A DNA stretch of 64,000 nt from Amphiura filiformis (GCF_039555335.1 NC_092646.1:58010946-58074945), one strand, 5' to 3'. Shown: positions 11,087-23,345, numbered from the stretch's first letter. Translations and numbers: made by a program. The notes: generated by a model not told the origin, from the sequence alone.

Positions 11087-14028
11087 TGTGACACGATCTG
11101 GTACATGGGAGGCATTTTTGAAAATTGAGTTATTGTAATTATTACATTATACATACAAATAGGCTATCATTTACTGAAGATTTCACACCACCAAATAGTA
11201 TATATGGTTGTGCGCCCTTGAATTTCACTTCTCAGAAAAACCCATTGATTCTGAATATAAGCATTAAAATGAGCAGAAATTTGCATAATTTTAGCCAAAT
11301 TTGGATTGGTCATGATTAGTAATATTAATTCCTGCAAGTGTACCACAGATGGGAGAGATCGAATAACTTTTAATGATTTTAAGCAGCCTTTTCTTTACAG
11401 AAACACCGGCATGGTTTTGCCTGAAAAAAGGAAATTCCCAGACATCGTGAGACTTTGAGGGCCAGTCGTAAAAAATAATGACGGTCAACCTATATTTTTC
11501 CCAGCCAGAGGGATCAGGCAAGGGCTGATTTCAACCATCATAGCTGTCGCTTAAAACTGAGTCGCTCCTGTGAAGAAAAAATGACGTTTTCTTAAGGCAA
11601 ATTTAGCACATATCTCTATGGGACTCTGATTTGGTGGTGTGAGATCTGAATGGAGCTGTGTGTGTGAGTCTCAACTTTTGATTGAGCAAGTTAGCCCTGT
11701 GCCTAATTCGTGTTTGGATTCACCGAAGAAGTGCATTGACTGAATTTATGTAATTAAAGGCTAAAATTGAAGAGAACTGCAACATTTGCTACTAATATAC
11801 CAGTGCTAAGGTGAGTTTATGCCCCAAAATGTGTGTTTGAGTGAAAGATTCCATTTCGTAGAGTGACTTAGGCCCATGCAATGTAATCATAATATTTTGT
11901 AAGCTTACATCATCAATGGCATGCAATGACTCAGTGCCAGATAGAGAAGACATTGCAGTATGGTGCTAGGGTACTGGTCGGAACTCATGAAATAGGCGCC
12001 TGGATCAGGTAAGCTTACGGTTTGTGTGTTGGTGGGGGGGGTAGGCTAATTAAGCTTATGATTCCACTACTGGTAACCCAGGTAATGTTTACAATCATGA
12101 TGGTATGCAATGACTCAGTGCCAGATGTAGAAGACATCAGTATATGGTGGCACGTGGGCTAGGGCACTGGTTGGAGCTCATAAAATGTGTCCATGGATCA
12201 GGTAAGCTTAGGGGGGGTTAGACTTAAGATTTCACTAATAGGCCATATAATTCAAAACTTATAATTCAGACATTGTGGTCATGTTCTTCTTTGCTTTTGT
12301 GTGTCTGCCTGGTTACTTGTCCCTCTTGACTGTAAATTGCTGAAAGCCTAAGTCTTGGTGAATTTTTAACATGGTAATCACAATGCTATCTTCAGTAGAT
12401 AGCAGATGTCACAGACACAATGATTCTGCTTGAAAAAAAATTTAACCAGCTTCTTGCTCAAATTATGCTAAAAATAAGTTAATTAGATTAAAATAGTCTG
12501 AAATTAAGGATAATCAGAAACATGTTGCATCATGAATGGAGCTGTGTGTGTGAGTCTCAACTTTTGATTGAGCAAGTTAGCCCTGTGCCTAATTAGTGTT
12601 TGGATTCACCAAGAAGTGCATTGACTGAATTTATGTAATTAAAGGCTAAAATTGAAGAGAACTGCAACATTTGCTACTAATATACCAGTGCTAAGGTGAG
12701 TTTATGCCCCAAAATGTGTGTTTGAGTGAAAGATTCCATTTCGTAGAGTGACTTAGGCCCATGCAATGTAATCATAATATTTTGTAAGCTTACATCATCA
12801 ATGGCATGCAATGACTCAGTGCCAGATAGAGAAGACATTGCAGTATGGTGCTAGGGTACTGGTCGGAACTCATGAAATAGGCGCCTGGATCAGGTAAGCT
12901 TACGGTTTGTGTGTTGGTGGGGGGGGTAGGCTAATTAAGCTTATGATTCCACTACTGGTAACCCAGGTAATGTTTACAATCATGATGGTATGCAATGACT
13001 CAGTGCCAGATGTAGAAGACATCAGTATATGGTGGCACGTGGGCTAGGGCACTGGTTGGAGCTCATAAAATGTGTCCATGGATCAGGTAAGCTTAGGGGG
13101 GTTAGACTTAAGATTTCACTAATAGGCCATATAATTCAAAACTTATAATTCAGACATTGTGGTCATGTTCTTCTTTGCTTTTGTGTGTCTGCCTGGTTAC
13201 TTGTCCCTCTTGACTGTAAATTGCTGAAAGCCTAAGTCTTGGTGAATTTTTAACATGGTAATCACAATGCTATCTTCAGTAGATAGCAGATGTCACAGAC
13301 ACAATGATTCTGCTTGAAAAAAAAATTTAACCAGCTTCTTGCTCAAATTATGCTAAAAATAAGTTAATTAGATTAAAATAGTCTGAAATTAAGGATAATC
13401 AGAAACATGTTGCATCATTCAGATTTCACACCACCAAATAGTATATATGGTTGTGCGCCTTGAATTTCACTTCTCAGAAAAACCCATTGATTCTGAATAT
13501 AAGCATTAAAATGAGCAGAAATTTGCATAATTTTAGCCAAATTTGGATTGGTCATGATTAGTAATATTAATTCCTGCAAGTGTACCACAGATGGGAGAGA
13601 TCGAATAACTTTTAATGATTTTAAGCAGCCTTTTCTTTACAGAAACACCGGCATGGTTTTGCCTGAAAAAAGGAAATTCCCAGACATCGAGACTTTGAGG
13701 GCCAGTCGTAAAAAATAATGACGGTCAACCTATATTTTTCCCAGCCAGAGGGATCAGGCAAGGGCTGATTTCAACCATCATAGCTGTCGCTTAAAACTGA
13801 GTCGCTCCTGTGAAGAAAAAATGACGTTTTCTTAAGGCAAATTTAGCACATATCTCTATGGGACTCTGATTTGGTGGTGTGAGATCTGAAACACCAAAGG
13901 TCTAGTTATGTTATGTTAAGTTATGAAGTTTTTTGATGTCTATTTTCTTGTTTTTTACTCCATATATTTACCTTTATCTCAGTTTCAAATTTGCCGCCTT
14001 TGGCCCCATGGACCAGATCGTGTCACAT
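11087..14028. mobile_element. Second family-T MITE carrying a 2.7-kb nested insertion
   Basis: The ends match the 4760-5390 copy. The internal sequence tactgaa|aacaccaaagg is split by the insert. Confidence 0.7.
11180..13886. mobile_element. Nested insertion with TIR GATTTCACACCACC/GGTGGTGTGAGATC and a TGAA target-site duplication; internal structure is A-B-B-A (about 470-bp A copies, about 880-bp B copies)
   Basis: The uninterrupted target is visible in the paralogue at about 5205. A recurs at 11180-11659 and 13416-13886, and B at 11660-12535 and 12536-13415. Confidence 0.65.
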
Positions 14029-14146
14029 ATTACCTGTGTGTGCTGTAATATAAATGAGTATGCACTACGCAGGTAATACAGATTTTTATCCAAATGATGT
14101 TTGACCAATAAGAATACAGAATTCATAAAGGCTGATAAATAGTTAC

Positions 14147-14258
14147 CTTTTTTTGGAACGGAAGCCATCTTTAATTCACAAGGCTCTTCAGGTTTGGATG
14201 GTGCACCAAATACTTTTCGATGAACTATACCGGGTGATGAAGGCTTGGCTAAAGGTAT
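14147..14258 (-). CDS. Module exon X (IPLAKPSSPGIVHRKVFGAPSKPEEPCELKMASVPKK)
   Basis: The acceptor is tattgcag| and the donor AAG|gtaact. The phase is 0 to 1. The exon and about 70 bp of flanking intron are conserved against the copy near 17.1 kb. Confidence 0.5.
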
Positions 14259-14761
14259 CTGCAATATTATGAAAAACAGTTAAGCATCATTAATTTGATT
14301 TTGTGCGCTTGTTTGTAATGCGCCTGTCAATTGCAATACTGGGACTTAGCCGGGACTGTTACATGTTTGTAACAGTTTCGAAAATTACGTCCCTGCTAAG
14401 GTCCCTGCTATCCCAGGGTCGGGGGCAGGGAATGCAACTGACATTATTATATGACGCTGGTGGGTAAGTATCATTAAGTGCATGATCTTGTACTAAGTCC
14501 TGTTAAGGCTGTAACTCCATTTTTTATTAAATTGAGGTAAGTTCATTCTTAGGTAAATTGAGGGTGCTATTTTCATTTCAGAAAGTCTTATAATCTCTAA
14601 ATCAGATAGCATATACCCTATATCACACACATTTTGAAATTTTTACTACTTTGTTCATCTATATCTACATCTACAAAATACTCAATAACGTTGTAATTGA
14701 CTTATTTGTTATGTTATGTGTTATGGCAGAAGAACTTCTCTTCCCATCAAAAGTTGAGTCT

Positions 14762-14875
14762 GGTTTATCAGGGACAGTCTGTGTAGCTTAGCATGATCCA
14801 ATTAAAGGTCTGGGGCTCAAGTCCCCACACTGGCAGTATGTCCTGAGTTTTTTCTCTGGCTTATCTGCCTACGTA
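14762..14875 (+). mobile_element. tRNA-derived SINE (family 2)
   Basis: It carries gtctgtgtagcttag...ggtctggggctcaagtcccc. A paralogue lies at 17590-17752. Confidence 0.6.
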
Positions 14876-14969
14876 TGTTATTAATTATATTTCCATTGTA
14901 ATATCATGATTGAATGATAATCTTTCTGAAAAGTAGTGCAATCTACAGATTCATCAGGATCGGTATAGT

Positions 14970-15505
14970 AAACTGGTTAACAAAGTTCTTTGTATCTGAT
15001 CCAGAATTTTCACTTACTTGTGTACGTTTCAACAACACCTGTTGTCTTTATCAACACTTGATGGGTAGTGACTGCTACTGACAACCGGCGCTAGAAGTAG
15101 TTCCAGCGTTGATCTTGGAGTTGCCAGTTGGTTTTCCTCGAAGGGATTTTTGGGTCCCTGTTTCAGAAACTCATCAAATATGTGAGATAGTTGGTACTGT
15201 CCTTCATCTCTGTTCATGTTCTCTGTTCAAATAAGAAAGAGGAGGGGCACCACCATGAACAGAGATGAAGGACAGTACCAACTATCTCACATATTTGATG
15301 AGTTTCTGAAACAGGGATCCAAAAATCCCTTGGAGGAAAAACCAACTGGCAACTCCAAGATCAATGCTGGAACTACTTTAGCTAGCCGGTTGTCAGTAGC
15401 AGTCACTACCCATCAAGTGTTGATAAAGACAACAGGTGTTGTTGAAACGTACACAAGTAAGTGAAAATTCAGGATCAGATACAAAGAACTTTGTTAACTA
15501 GTTCA
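14970..15505. repeat. About 535-bp near-perfect palindrome (foldback)
   Basis: 14970-15230 is the reverse complement of 15235-15505. This explains the mirrored ORFs MNRDEGQYQLSHIFDEFLKQG... on both strands. Confidence 0.85.
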
Positions 15506-15599
15506 ATCTATTCCTTGCTGTATGTAAAGATGGCAAAAATAAAATAAGCTTGACAAATGATATCAAATTTTTTTTGTTTTTTGGGGGGTACCATTATGT

Positions 15600-16300
15600 A
15601 ATGTCAATTTAGAAACTAAACTACAATCTGCCCAAAGAGCAATGGAACGGCAAATGTTAAACATCTCACTGCGAGACAAAGTAAGGTGCTCAACCTTCAG
15701 ACAGCTGACCGGTGTTGCAGACATTTTGAGGAAAATCAAACAATCAAAAAGGAGATGGGCTGGACATGTTGCCAGAAGAAATGATAACAGATGGACAAAG
15801 AGATTGTTAGAATGGCAACCAAGAATGTGAAAAAGAAGCAGAGGTACACAGAAGAAGAGGTGGAGAGATGATATAACATCATATATTGGTACAACATGGG
15901 CGAGAGTAGCATTAGATAGAAAGGTATGGAGTGATCATGAGGAGGGCTACATCCAACAGTGGATTGACATAGCCTAGATGGATAGATAGCACAGAATTAG
16001 AGAAGGAGAACCGGGACTCCCTATACCGGCATGTACAAATGCGCCGATCAGCTATGGGGAGAAAATTGGGGGTATTCGGGTCCTTGCCGACGGTGCGCGG
16101 AGACGAACGAAAACAATTCTGCGTTTCATCTGAAGCGTCTTGGTACTCGCGTGCAGGTCGCATCAAGTGCGACTCTCAAATGCGCCCATCATCCATGTCG
16201 CGTTTGCATGACAACGAATGCCAATTTTTGCTCCATGCCTGTATCAAGATGGCGGTCGAGTCCCGGTTCTCTGGTTTTAATTCTGTGATAGATAGATAGA
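15600..16300 (+). mobile_element. LINE ORF2 C-terminal fragment plus 3'UTR ending in (GATA)n
   Basis: ERQMLNISLRDKVRCSTFRQLTGVADILRKIKQSKRRWAGHVARRNDNRWTKRLLEWQPR is the classic reverse-transcriptase tail motif (AMER.MLGISLRD...W.WAGH.AR). (GATA)4 lies at 16285-16300. Confidence 0.65.
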
Positions 16301-16344
16301 TGATGTCAATGGTTCTTTAAGAAACCCCCATGTCTTTCACTTAC

Positions 16345-16460
16345 ATGAGTTTCACTTGCCAAACTCAATCCCTTTCTCATTGATCTTCTAGTTGGTTTGG
16401 GTTTTTGACGTGGCATCGCCTCATTCCGCGACATATCCAACATAACTTCTGGCATATCAT
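16345..16460 (-). CDS. Module exon Y (DDMPEVMLDMSRNEAMPRQKPKPTRRSMRKGLSLASETH)
   Basis: The acceptor is tctgttgcag| and the donor CAT|gtaagt. The phase is 1 to 0. Confidence 0.5.
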
Positions 16461-17111
16461 CTGCAACAGATAAATATGATATGATACCAATAAAGACATA
16501 ATAATAAATAACATTGGCCCAACAATTAGGCAAAAAAACAAATTGTTTGCTTGTCCATAGATTACTTTCAGAAGTTGGGTTGGTCGGTCAGTCGGGAAGA
16601 ATTTTTTTCTTGTTTTTTTTTTTTCTTATATCTATTTTTTCAAGTGTTCACTTCAAAATTTATTCAAGATATAGACTCCAAATCTGTGAAAAAAAAATAA
16701 AAATCGCAAAAAAAAATAAATAAAACAGATTTTTTAATTTTTTGGAAAATCATGGTGCGTTTTTTGGCCTCCAAAATCCTGTATTCTTAGCAGCCCTATA
16801 TTAACCGCCCATGCCCCTATAATCACCCACCCAGTGACTTTACAACAAGCAAACCGATATTAGTTTATTAACTGCCCATGCAAATCTGAATCATGGTCTG
16901 ATGCATATGACACACTGATGATAGATGAATATTTTGGGCCATTTTTACATCTTCTTGGCCTTAACAATGTAAAAAATAAGCGCCCACCCAAAATGATTTT
17001 ATTAAATGCCCTGGGCCATTAATGTAGTGTGTAGGTATATAGATTTATATCCAAGTGATGTTTGACCAATGGGATTACAGAATTCATGTCAAAAGCATGA
17101 TGAATAGTTAC

Positions 17112-17223
17112 CTTTTTTTGAAACGGAAGCCATCTTTAATTCACAAGGCTCTTGTGGCTTGGATGGTGCACCAAATACTTTTCGATGAACTATACCGGGT
17201 GATGAAGGCTTGGCTAAAGGCAT
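17112..17223 (-). CDS. Module exon X' (MPLAKPSSPGIVHRKVFGAPSKPQEPCELKMASVSKK)
   Basis: The acceptor is ttccag| and the donor AAAAAAG|gtaact. It is nearly identical to the exon at 14147-14258. The phase is 0 to 1. Confidence 0.5.
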
Positions 17224-17589
17224 CTGGAATATTAAGAATAACAGTAAGCATCATTTGATTTTGTGTGTTAGTTTGTAATGTTATGGTGTGCCTCTTCCCT
17301 TAAGCTTGTTTCTATTATATTACACGGAATTGATCTTACACGCCGGTGGACATGTGTTGTGTACTTTCTTATGAATTTGAAACTACATTTAGCACAGATT
17401 CAAGTTTAAAAAAGATACCTTTAGGCCTACTTTGCAAAAATTGGCCATTTAACATCTGTGTTACTGCTACAAAAAAGCCTTATTCTGTGTTTTAGTTCAC
17501 AAGCATGCTTACAATTGTTGTATATGAGTGCCCCCCCAAGTGTTGTTTGTAATGTACTGTCTTCTCTTACCGCTCACATCTTTAAGTAC

Positions 17590-17752
17590 CAGATTTAAGC
17601 TCTGTTTATCAGGGACAGTCTGTGTAGCTTAGTGGTTAGGGTATCAGATGCATGATCCAAAGGTCTGGGGCTCAAATCCCTGCACAGGCAGTAACATCCG
17701 GAGGTTTTTCTCTGGTTTATCTCCGTGATTTATCTGCCTGTGCATGTTATAT
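17590..17752 (+). mobile_element. tRNA-derived SINE (family 2), fuller copy
   Basis: The tRNA-like head is gtagcttagtggttagggtatcagatgcatgatccaaaggtctggggctcaaatccctgcacaggcag. Confidence 0.65.
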
Positions 17753-17756
17753 GTTT

Positions 17757-18620
17757 CCATTTCATAATGGGCTATTCCAGTTGAAATCCACACTACCCCT
17801 GTGGAAGATTTTGGAAATATCATACACAGGGGGAGTATGTTTTTCAAATTTAATTGGTCAGAGTTAATGATTTTGAAACACATACTCCCCCTGTATTATG
17901 GCTTTACCGTTATCTTCCACAACTGGAGTAAGTATTTCAAATGGAAGTTACGCAATTGTTTATTCTACTAACAATTGATACTCCCTCTGTGGAAGACTTT
18001 AGCTAAATCTTCCACAGAGGGATATTAAATGGAATAGCCCAATTGAATGATAATCTTTCTGAAAAGCTTGACAAATGGGCTATTCCAGATGTATTCCGCC
18101 CCCCCTATGGAAGATATTTAAAAAAAATACAATTCCAGCTGGAATTGAGATGTGTCTAGAATTCCAGCAGTCATTTTTAGCAGAGATTCCGGCTGGAGGG
18201 TATGGAAGACATTGAGATTAGGTGAAATTCCGGCTGCTAAAATAAACGAAAAAACAAGAGTGGGGATTGTGAAAGGCCATGATGTGCCTATGGAAGACAG
18301 TCACATTTCTTAATATTCCGGCTGGAAAATGGTCAAAAATGCTCCAATTCCAGCAGAATCTTCACTTATGATCACCATCTCGATTAACCTATGAAAGACA
18401 TTTACTTGAATTCTGGCTGGAAACAAAATGTTCTAGTTCCAGGTGGAACCCTATGGAAGACATTTACATTTACGTGAATTCGCTGGCCATATTAGACATA
18501 TTACCACAATTCCGCAGTGTCCTCCATGGGTTTTTCCTGACATGTGAATTCGCTGTCAATTTAGCCCGTATTCGGAAGTGTCTTCCATAGGGGGTGCGGA
18601 ATACATCTGAATAGCCCAAT
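17757..18620. mobile_element. Cluster of MITE family A copies, including a 545-bp expanded variant at 18075-18620
   Basis: The terminal repeat gggctattccag...ccctatggaagat occurs repeatedly. The internal motif attccagctgga is iterated. Confidence 0.65.
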
Positions 18621-19201
18621 GACACCAAATTTGGTTTTGGTTTTTGGTACCCTTATTTGATGTCAATGGTTCTTCAGAGGTGTGAGAGGCCACAGACCAA
18701 AACTGAGGAAAATCATTAAAAATGCAGATGCAAAATGAAAGAAAACACATAAAATTTGGCATTCAAAAAAAGAAGAAATCAGCAGAAAAGAAGAACTCTC
18801 ACACCTAGATCTGCCAACCTACCTAAGTCAGAATAAGGGACATTGAGGCCAAAACCTTGCACATGTACACAAACCAGATACCGCCAAATTCAAAGACTTG
18901 AGGTGTGCAATACTTTCAGAATTCAGGGAAGGTTTTGCAGGTCTAAATTTATCACAATTGACTAAAGAGAATGCTTTAAAAAAAATTTAAAGTGAAATTT
19001 GCATCATTTCTGCTATTCTTACATTTAAATTTGCCATCACTGAAATTTTCAGAAGACAGGATTGTCCCTCTTTTTCACTTTGGAAAACCCCAAATGAGGG
19101 ACAGTCCCTCAAAATGAGGGACAGTTGGCAGGTGTGCACACCCCTGGTTCTTTGAGCAACCCAGGAGCCACATATTCCTTGTGTCCATGTCATTTACTTA
19201 C

Positions 19202-19308
19202 TTGGGTTTCACTTGCCATGAATCCTGATCTCTTTGCTCTTCTACTTTTTGTTTTTTCTCTTTGAGGTGGCATCGGCCCACTCTGCAACGCTTCTAGCAA
19301 ATCATCAT
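19202..19308 (-). CDS. Module exon Y' (DDDLLEALQSGPMPPQREKTKSRRAKRSGFMASETQ)
   Basis: The acceptor is tctgatgcag| and the donor CAA|gtaagt. It is a diverged paralogue of the exon at 16345-16460 with the same phase (1 to 0). Confidence 0.5.
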
Positions 19309-20472
19309 CTGCATCAGATAAAAATGAATATGGATATCAATTCGTCGCTGTTTTGACATACTGTCGTATGACGATTTTTGGGCAAAATGAGTTATATAAA
19401 CGTTCATAATCTGTGAATGAAACTCTATATATTCACAGTTTGAAGATCTAAATGTAATTAGTTTTAAATGAGATATGGCACTAATTAGTACGATACGACA
19501 TAATTTTTATGTAACCCCCCCCCCATCGTCATTCTGTATTTTGACATACAGTCGTATCATGATACGTTGCCATAGGCCACCGTGTAACTGTAGTTGCCTA
19601 TTGTTGTGACATACTGTCGTATCACAATGTCGTATCATTATTAATACATAGGTTTTCAAAATGTGCATATTTTGTCGTATGAGTTTGCAGATTAATTACT
19701 ACTAATTAGTAAATGAATAAACAGTTTGTATTATGTTGAGAACAAAGACAGATATATTATTGATTATATTCTTTGATAATAATAAACATATTTTACTTTG
19801 GTGCTCTTCAGTGGGTCTTCAAAAGTTGGAAAAACTTTAAATGTGATTTTCTCAAAACTGCATTTTCGTCATACGTCAAAACAGTGACGAATTACATATA
19901 TCAAGCTTTTGTAATGGAGGAAATGGCTAAAAATGGGGATTAAAGGGTCAATTTTTGGCCAAAATGACCCAAATCACTAAAAACATGCATTTTATAGTTA
20001 CCTATGAATTTCATGAGGTCATAGGTCAAAACCATAGGTCACAGATCCAAACATCCATCTTAATATAGATCAAAAATCAACTGGCGCAGGGCCACCGCTA
20101 AAATCTGTCCCTGATTGGCAATGGTATGTCCTTTGTGAATGGGAACAGAATTGAAAACAGAGTACAACATATTGCATCCCCATATCACTGCTAATGCAGG
20201 TGTCTTAAACAAAGCACAGCAACTCAACAGTTGGAATGTCTCAAAACTCCAAACTTGTGACTTAACGCTCATTTGTGGGAGCGGGTCACATATTTGCAGC
20301 TACTGAATTTTTACGTACCAAAATACCAGACTCCCAGGTAAAGAAAGGTAGTATCTGCTATATAATATTATTAGCAGTTACTGCATTATTGCTTATGATG
20401 GCATTTAGTGCTCACCTGACGAAGGCTTTGGTGAAGAAGTTGCTAAATTCTCGGTACCACCAGCATCTGCAG

Positions 20473-20772
20473 CTAGTTGAGCATCCTTTTGTTTGGTTGA
20501 ATCTGTTCCTTTGTCAGAGCAATATGCCAATGTCCCGGACTGTGACAGCTCTCCCCACCGTGTACTCGATGTTGCGGGAGGTCCTTTAATAGGTTCTGGG
20601 GCAGATCTAATAAGGCTTGTTTCGTTGGCATGGAAGCTGATGTAGATTTTTTTTCAAATGTAGATCCAAACAATCCTGCTGTATCTGATGCATTCAGTGG
20701 TAGCAATGGAGCTTCCCCACCAAATCTTCCAGCGAAGCCAAATCCTCCTGAACTTGACATGGAAACTGGCAT
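20473..20772 (-). CDS. Probable continuation of the FG-repeat coding region in the +1 frame (GGFGFAGRFGG...AGLFGSTFEKK...)
   Basis: This ORF is contiguous with E6 and in frame once the 1-bp indel at about 20900 is removed. Its FG-type composition matches the upstream repeats. Confidence 0.35.
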   Translation of the reverse strand: MPVSMSSSGGFGFAGRFGGEAPLLPLNASDTAGLFGSTFEKKSTSASMPTKQALLDLPQNLLKDLPQHRVHGGESCHSPGHWHIALTKEQIQPNKRMLN

Positions 20773-20881
20773 TGATCTCCCTCTAAAACCTTGCTGTTGT
20801 TGTTGTTGTTGGGCAGCTCCAAACAGACTTGCTCCACTTGGTTCAATGGTCTTACGCTGTGCAGCTCCAAAAAGACTTGGT

Positions 20882-21584
20882 TCAGTTGGTTTTCCAAAAC
20901 CTTTTTCTACTTAATCGAGGCTGTGTAACTCCAAACAGACTTGCTCCACTTGGTTCTTCTATGGTCTTACGCTGTGCAGCTCCAAAAAGACTTGGTTCAG
21001 TTGGTTTTCCAAAACCTTTTTCTACTAATCGAGGCTGTGTAACTCCAAACAGACTTGCTCCACTTGGTTCTTCTATGGTCTTACGCTGTGCAGCTCCAAA
21101 CAGACTTGCTCCAGTTGGTTCTTCTGCAGTTGGTTTTCCAAGACCTCCAGCATACTCAGCATCAAGTCGACTGCCCATTGCAGATCCAAACAAATCCCCA
21201 GCATGCGGTGGCAACGATAGAGGTTGAGCTACAGTATCAGGAACATATGTTGGCAACGACATTGTCAACATAGCTGAAGCTAGGATATCACCTGTTGGGA
21301 AGCTAAATCCTGGAGGGGGTGGTGGAGGAGATGCACCACCAAGTTGCGGAGGCGGTGAGGGTGGGAGGCCAAATCCTGGAGGTGGATGAGGTGGAGGTGC
21401 ACCATCAACTGACAGAGTCTTTCTCCTGAGGTCTGGTGGTGGTGGAGGGCCAGCTCCTTGAGATGGGGGTGGTGGGGGTGGGATTCTGTGTTCAATGGGG
21501 CCTTTCAGGGTCAGAATACCTCTTTTACTCTTGGCCTCATGACCAACGTAGCAATCTTTCTGCCCCATGCCGACCATCACTCCC
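20882..21584 (-). CDS. Exon E6: actin-like continuation ([32 protein letters not shown]), then polyproline, then SLFG/FG repeats; terminated by an apparent frameshift
   Basis: The acceptor ctgcag|GGA resumes the actin sequence exactly after RHQ. A 232-aa ORF follows, with roughly 120-bp tandem coding repeats at 20817-21130 whose last copy carries a 1-bp insertion. Confidence 0.55.
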
Positions 21585-22367
21585 TGCAGTAATTATAAAA
21601 CGGAAAAGGAAAAAGATGGGTTCAGAAAAAGTGATAAATAGAGATTAAAAAAAAAAAGCACACACACCAAAATCCGGTTTATTTTCCCCACCTGGGGTGT
21701 TTAACCGTACAGAGCTTGAACTTGAACAAAAAGAAGGGAGTAAAAATCAAAATATTGAACACTTCATGTTGCAAAAATGTCAACAGTAGCTGATGGCTAT
21801 GCACCGGCTTGGGCAGTCTTTTATAGTTCGCAGTTTTTGAAGGCACCCGTTTTCTTAACGGCGTGGTAGGTAGGACACCCTCGCCGATAGGAAGTTGAGC
21901 GATGGCGCACGACCAAAGTCACAAGGGTATGATTCCATTAGTCTGACACGATATGAGCTGTAAGTTATTCAGTCGTCATAACACACATAACATGCACAGT
22001 TGTAGACTAGACTGCTGCCCTCAGTCGTCAACCGTCTGGATTGACGACTGAGAAAACTACGTGGAAAAAAAGTGACGGATTTTGCAACAGGATTCCTGTG
22101 GCATAGAGCATGCGCAGTTGTGTCCAAATTGACCTTTTGACCGAGTTTGTTGTTTTTAGAAGTTCAGAGCGCGATCTTGTCACAGCGGCGCGGTACAGCG
22201 ACGCGATACACGGGCGCCGCTAGTCAGTCGCGCTACGGCGCACAACCAAAGTCGCATTGCATAGTTTTCGGAAGTCCGTCATGATATTGGCTGTAAGATA
22301 ATCAGTCGTCACTACGAAGCACAGTATGCGAAGTGTAGACGGCTGATTGGAATTAGTCTAGTTGTAG

Positions 22368-23268
22368 ACGACAAAGGTTGCAGTCTAGCAAAAAGGTAGA
22401 TTGGGCTAATCCACTTGTAATCCACACTCCCCCCATGGAGATTGTCTTCTACAGGGGGAGTATGAATTTCAAATGGAATGAACACATTAGGCAGCTCCAT
22501 TTGAATTTCATACACCCTCTGAGTAAGATTCAACCTGAATCTTCCACAGTGAGTTTCAAATAAAAGAAGTTAATGTGCTAATTCCAAATTTTTTGGGTTT
22601 TTTTAAATTGTCTGCAAGATACATGTACAGGTATGGCTCTCTGTACAAAAGACAGACGACTTAACGTCCCCTCCAAAGGATGGTGTACTTTCATGATTCA
22701 TTTACCCAATTCTAAATAAACCATGGGGAGAGCGGAAGTCTGAATTTAATCTACAGAATTTGCCAATTAATTTCAGACTTTTTTTTCCAAGTCAATATCC
22801 CAGCAAATCGCCACCGCCGGGTTGCAGTCTAGCAAAAAGGTAGATTGGGCTAATCCAGTTGTAATCCACACTCCCCCCATGGAGATTGTCTTCTACAGGG
22901 GGAGTATGAATTTCAAATGGAATGAACACATTAGGCAGCTCCATTTGAATTTCATACACCCTCTGAGTAAGATTCAACCTGAATCTTCCACAGTGAGTTT
23001 CAAATAAAAGAAGTTAATGTGCTAATTCCAAATTTTTTTTTGTTTGGAAATTGTCTGAGAGATACATGTACAGGTATGGCTCTCTGTACAAAAGACCGAC
23101 TACTTAACATCCCCTCCAAAGGATGGTGTACTTTCATGACTCATTTACCTAATTCTAAATGAAGCATGGGCAGAGTGTAAATCTGAATTCAATCTACAAT
23201 GGTTGTCAATGAATTTCATATATTTTTCCCCAAGTCAATATCCCAGCAAATCTCCACCACCAGGAATT
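22368..23268. repeat. Two tandem copies of a 445-bp composite unit (MITE-A copy plus SINE body)
   Basis: 22395-22560 and 22845-23003 are near-identical MITE-A copies, as shown by the duplicated ORFs MQSSKKVDWANP.../MNLTQRVYEIQ.... Confidence 0.8.
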
Positions 23269-23345
23269 GAACATGGGACCTCATGTACTAAAGGCAAGTA
23301 CTCTAATCTAACCATTAGGCCATGCTCTCCCTACAAGACATGCAG
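23040..23345 (-). mobile_element. tRNA-derived SINE (family 1) with a tRNA-like head at 23269-23340
   Basis: The reverse complement reads GGGAGAGCATGGCCTAATGGTTAG...GGTCCCATGTTCAATTCCTGG. The same head recurs at 63903-64000 on the plus strand, and its 3' part at 48.5-48.85 kb. Confidence 0.6.
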
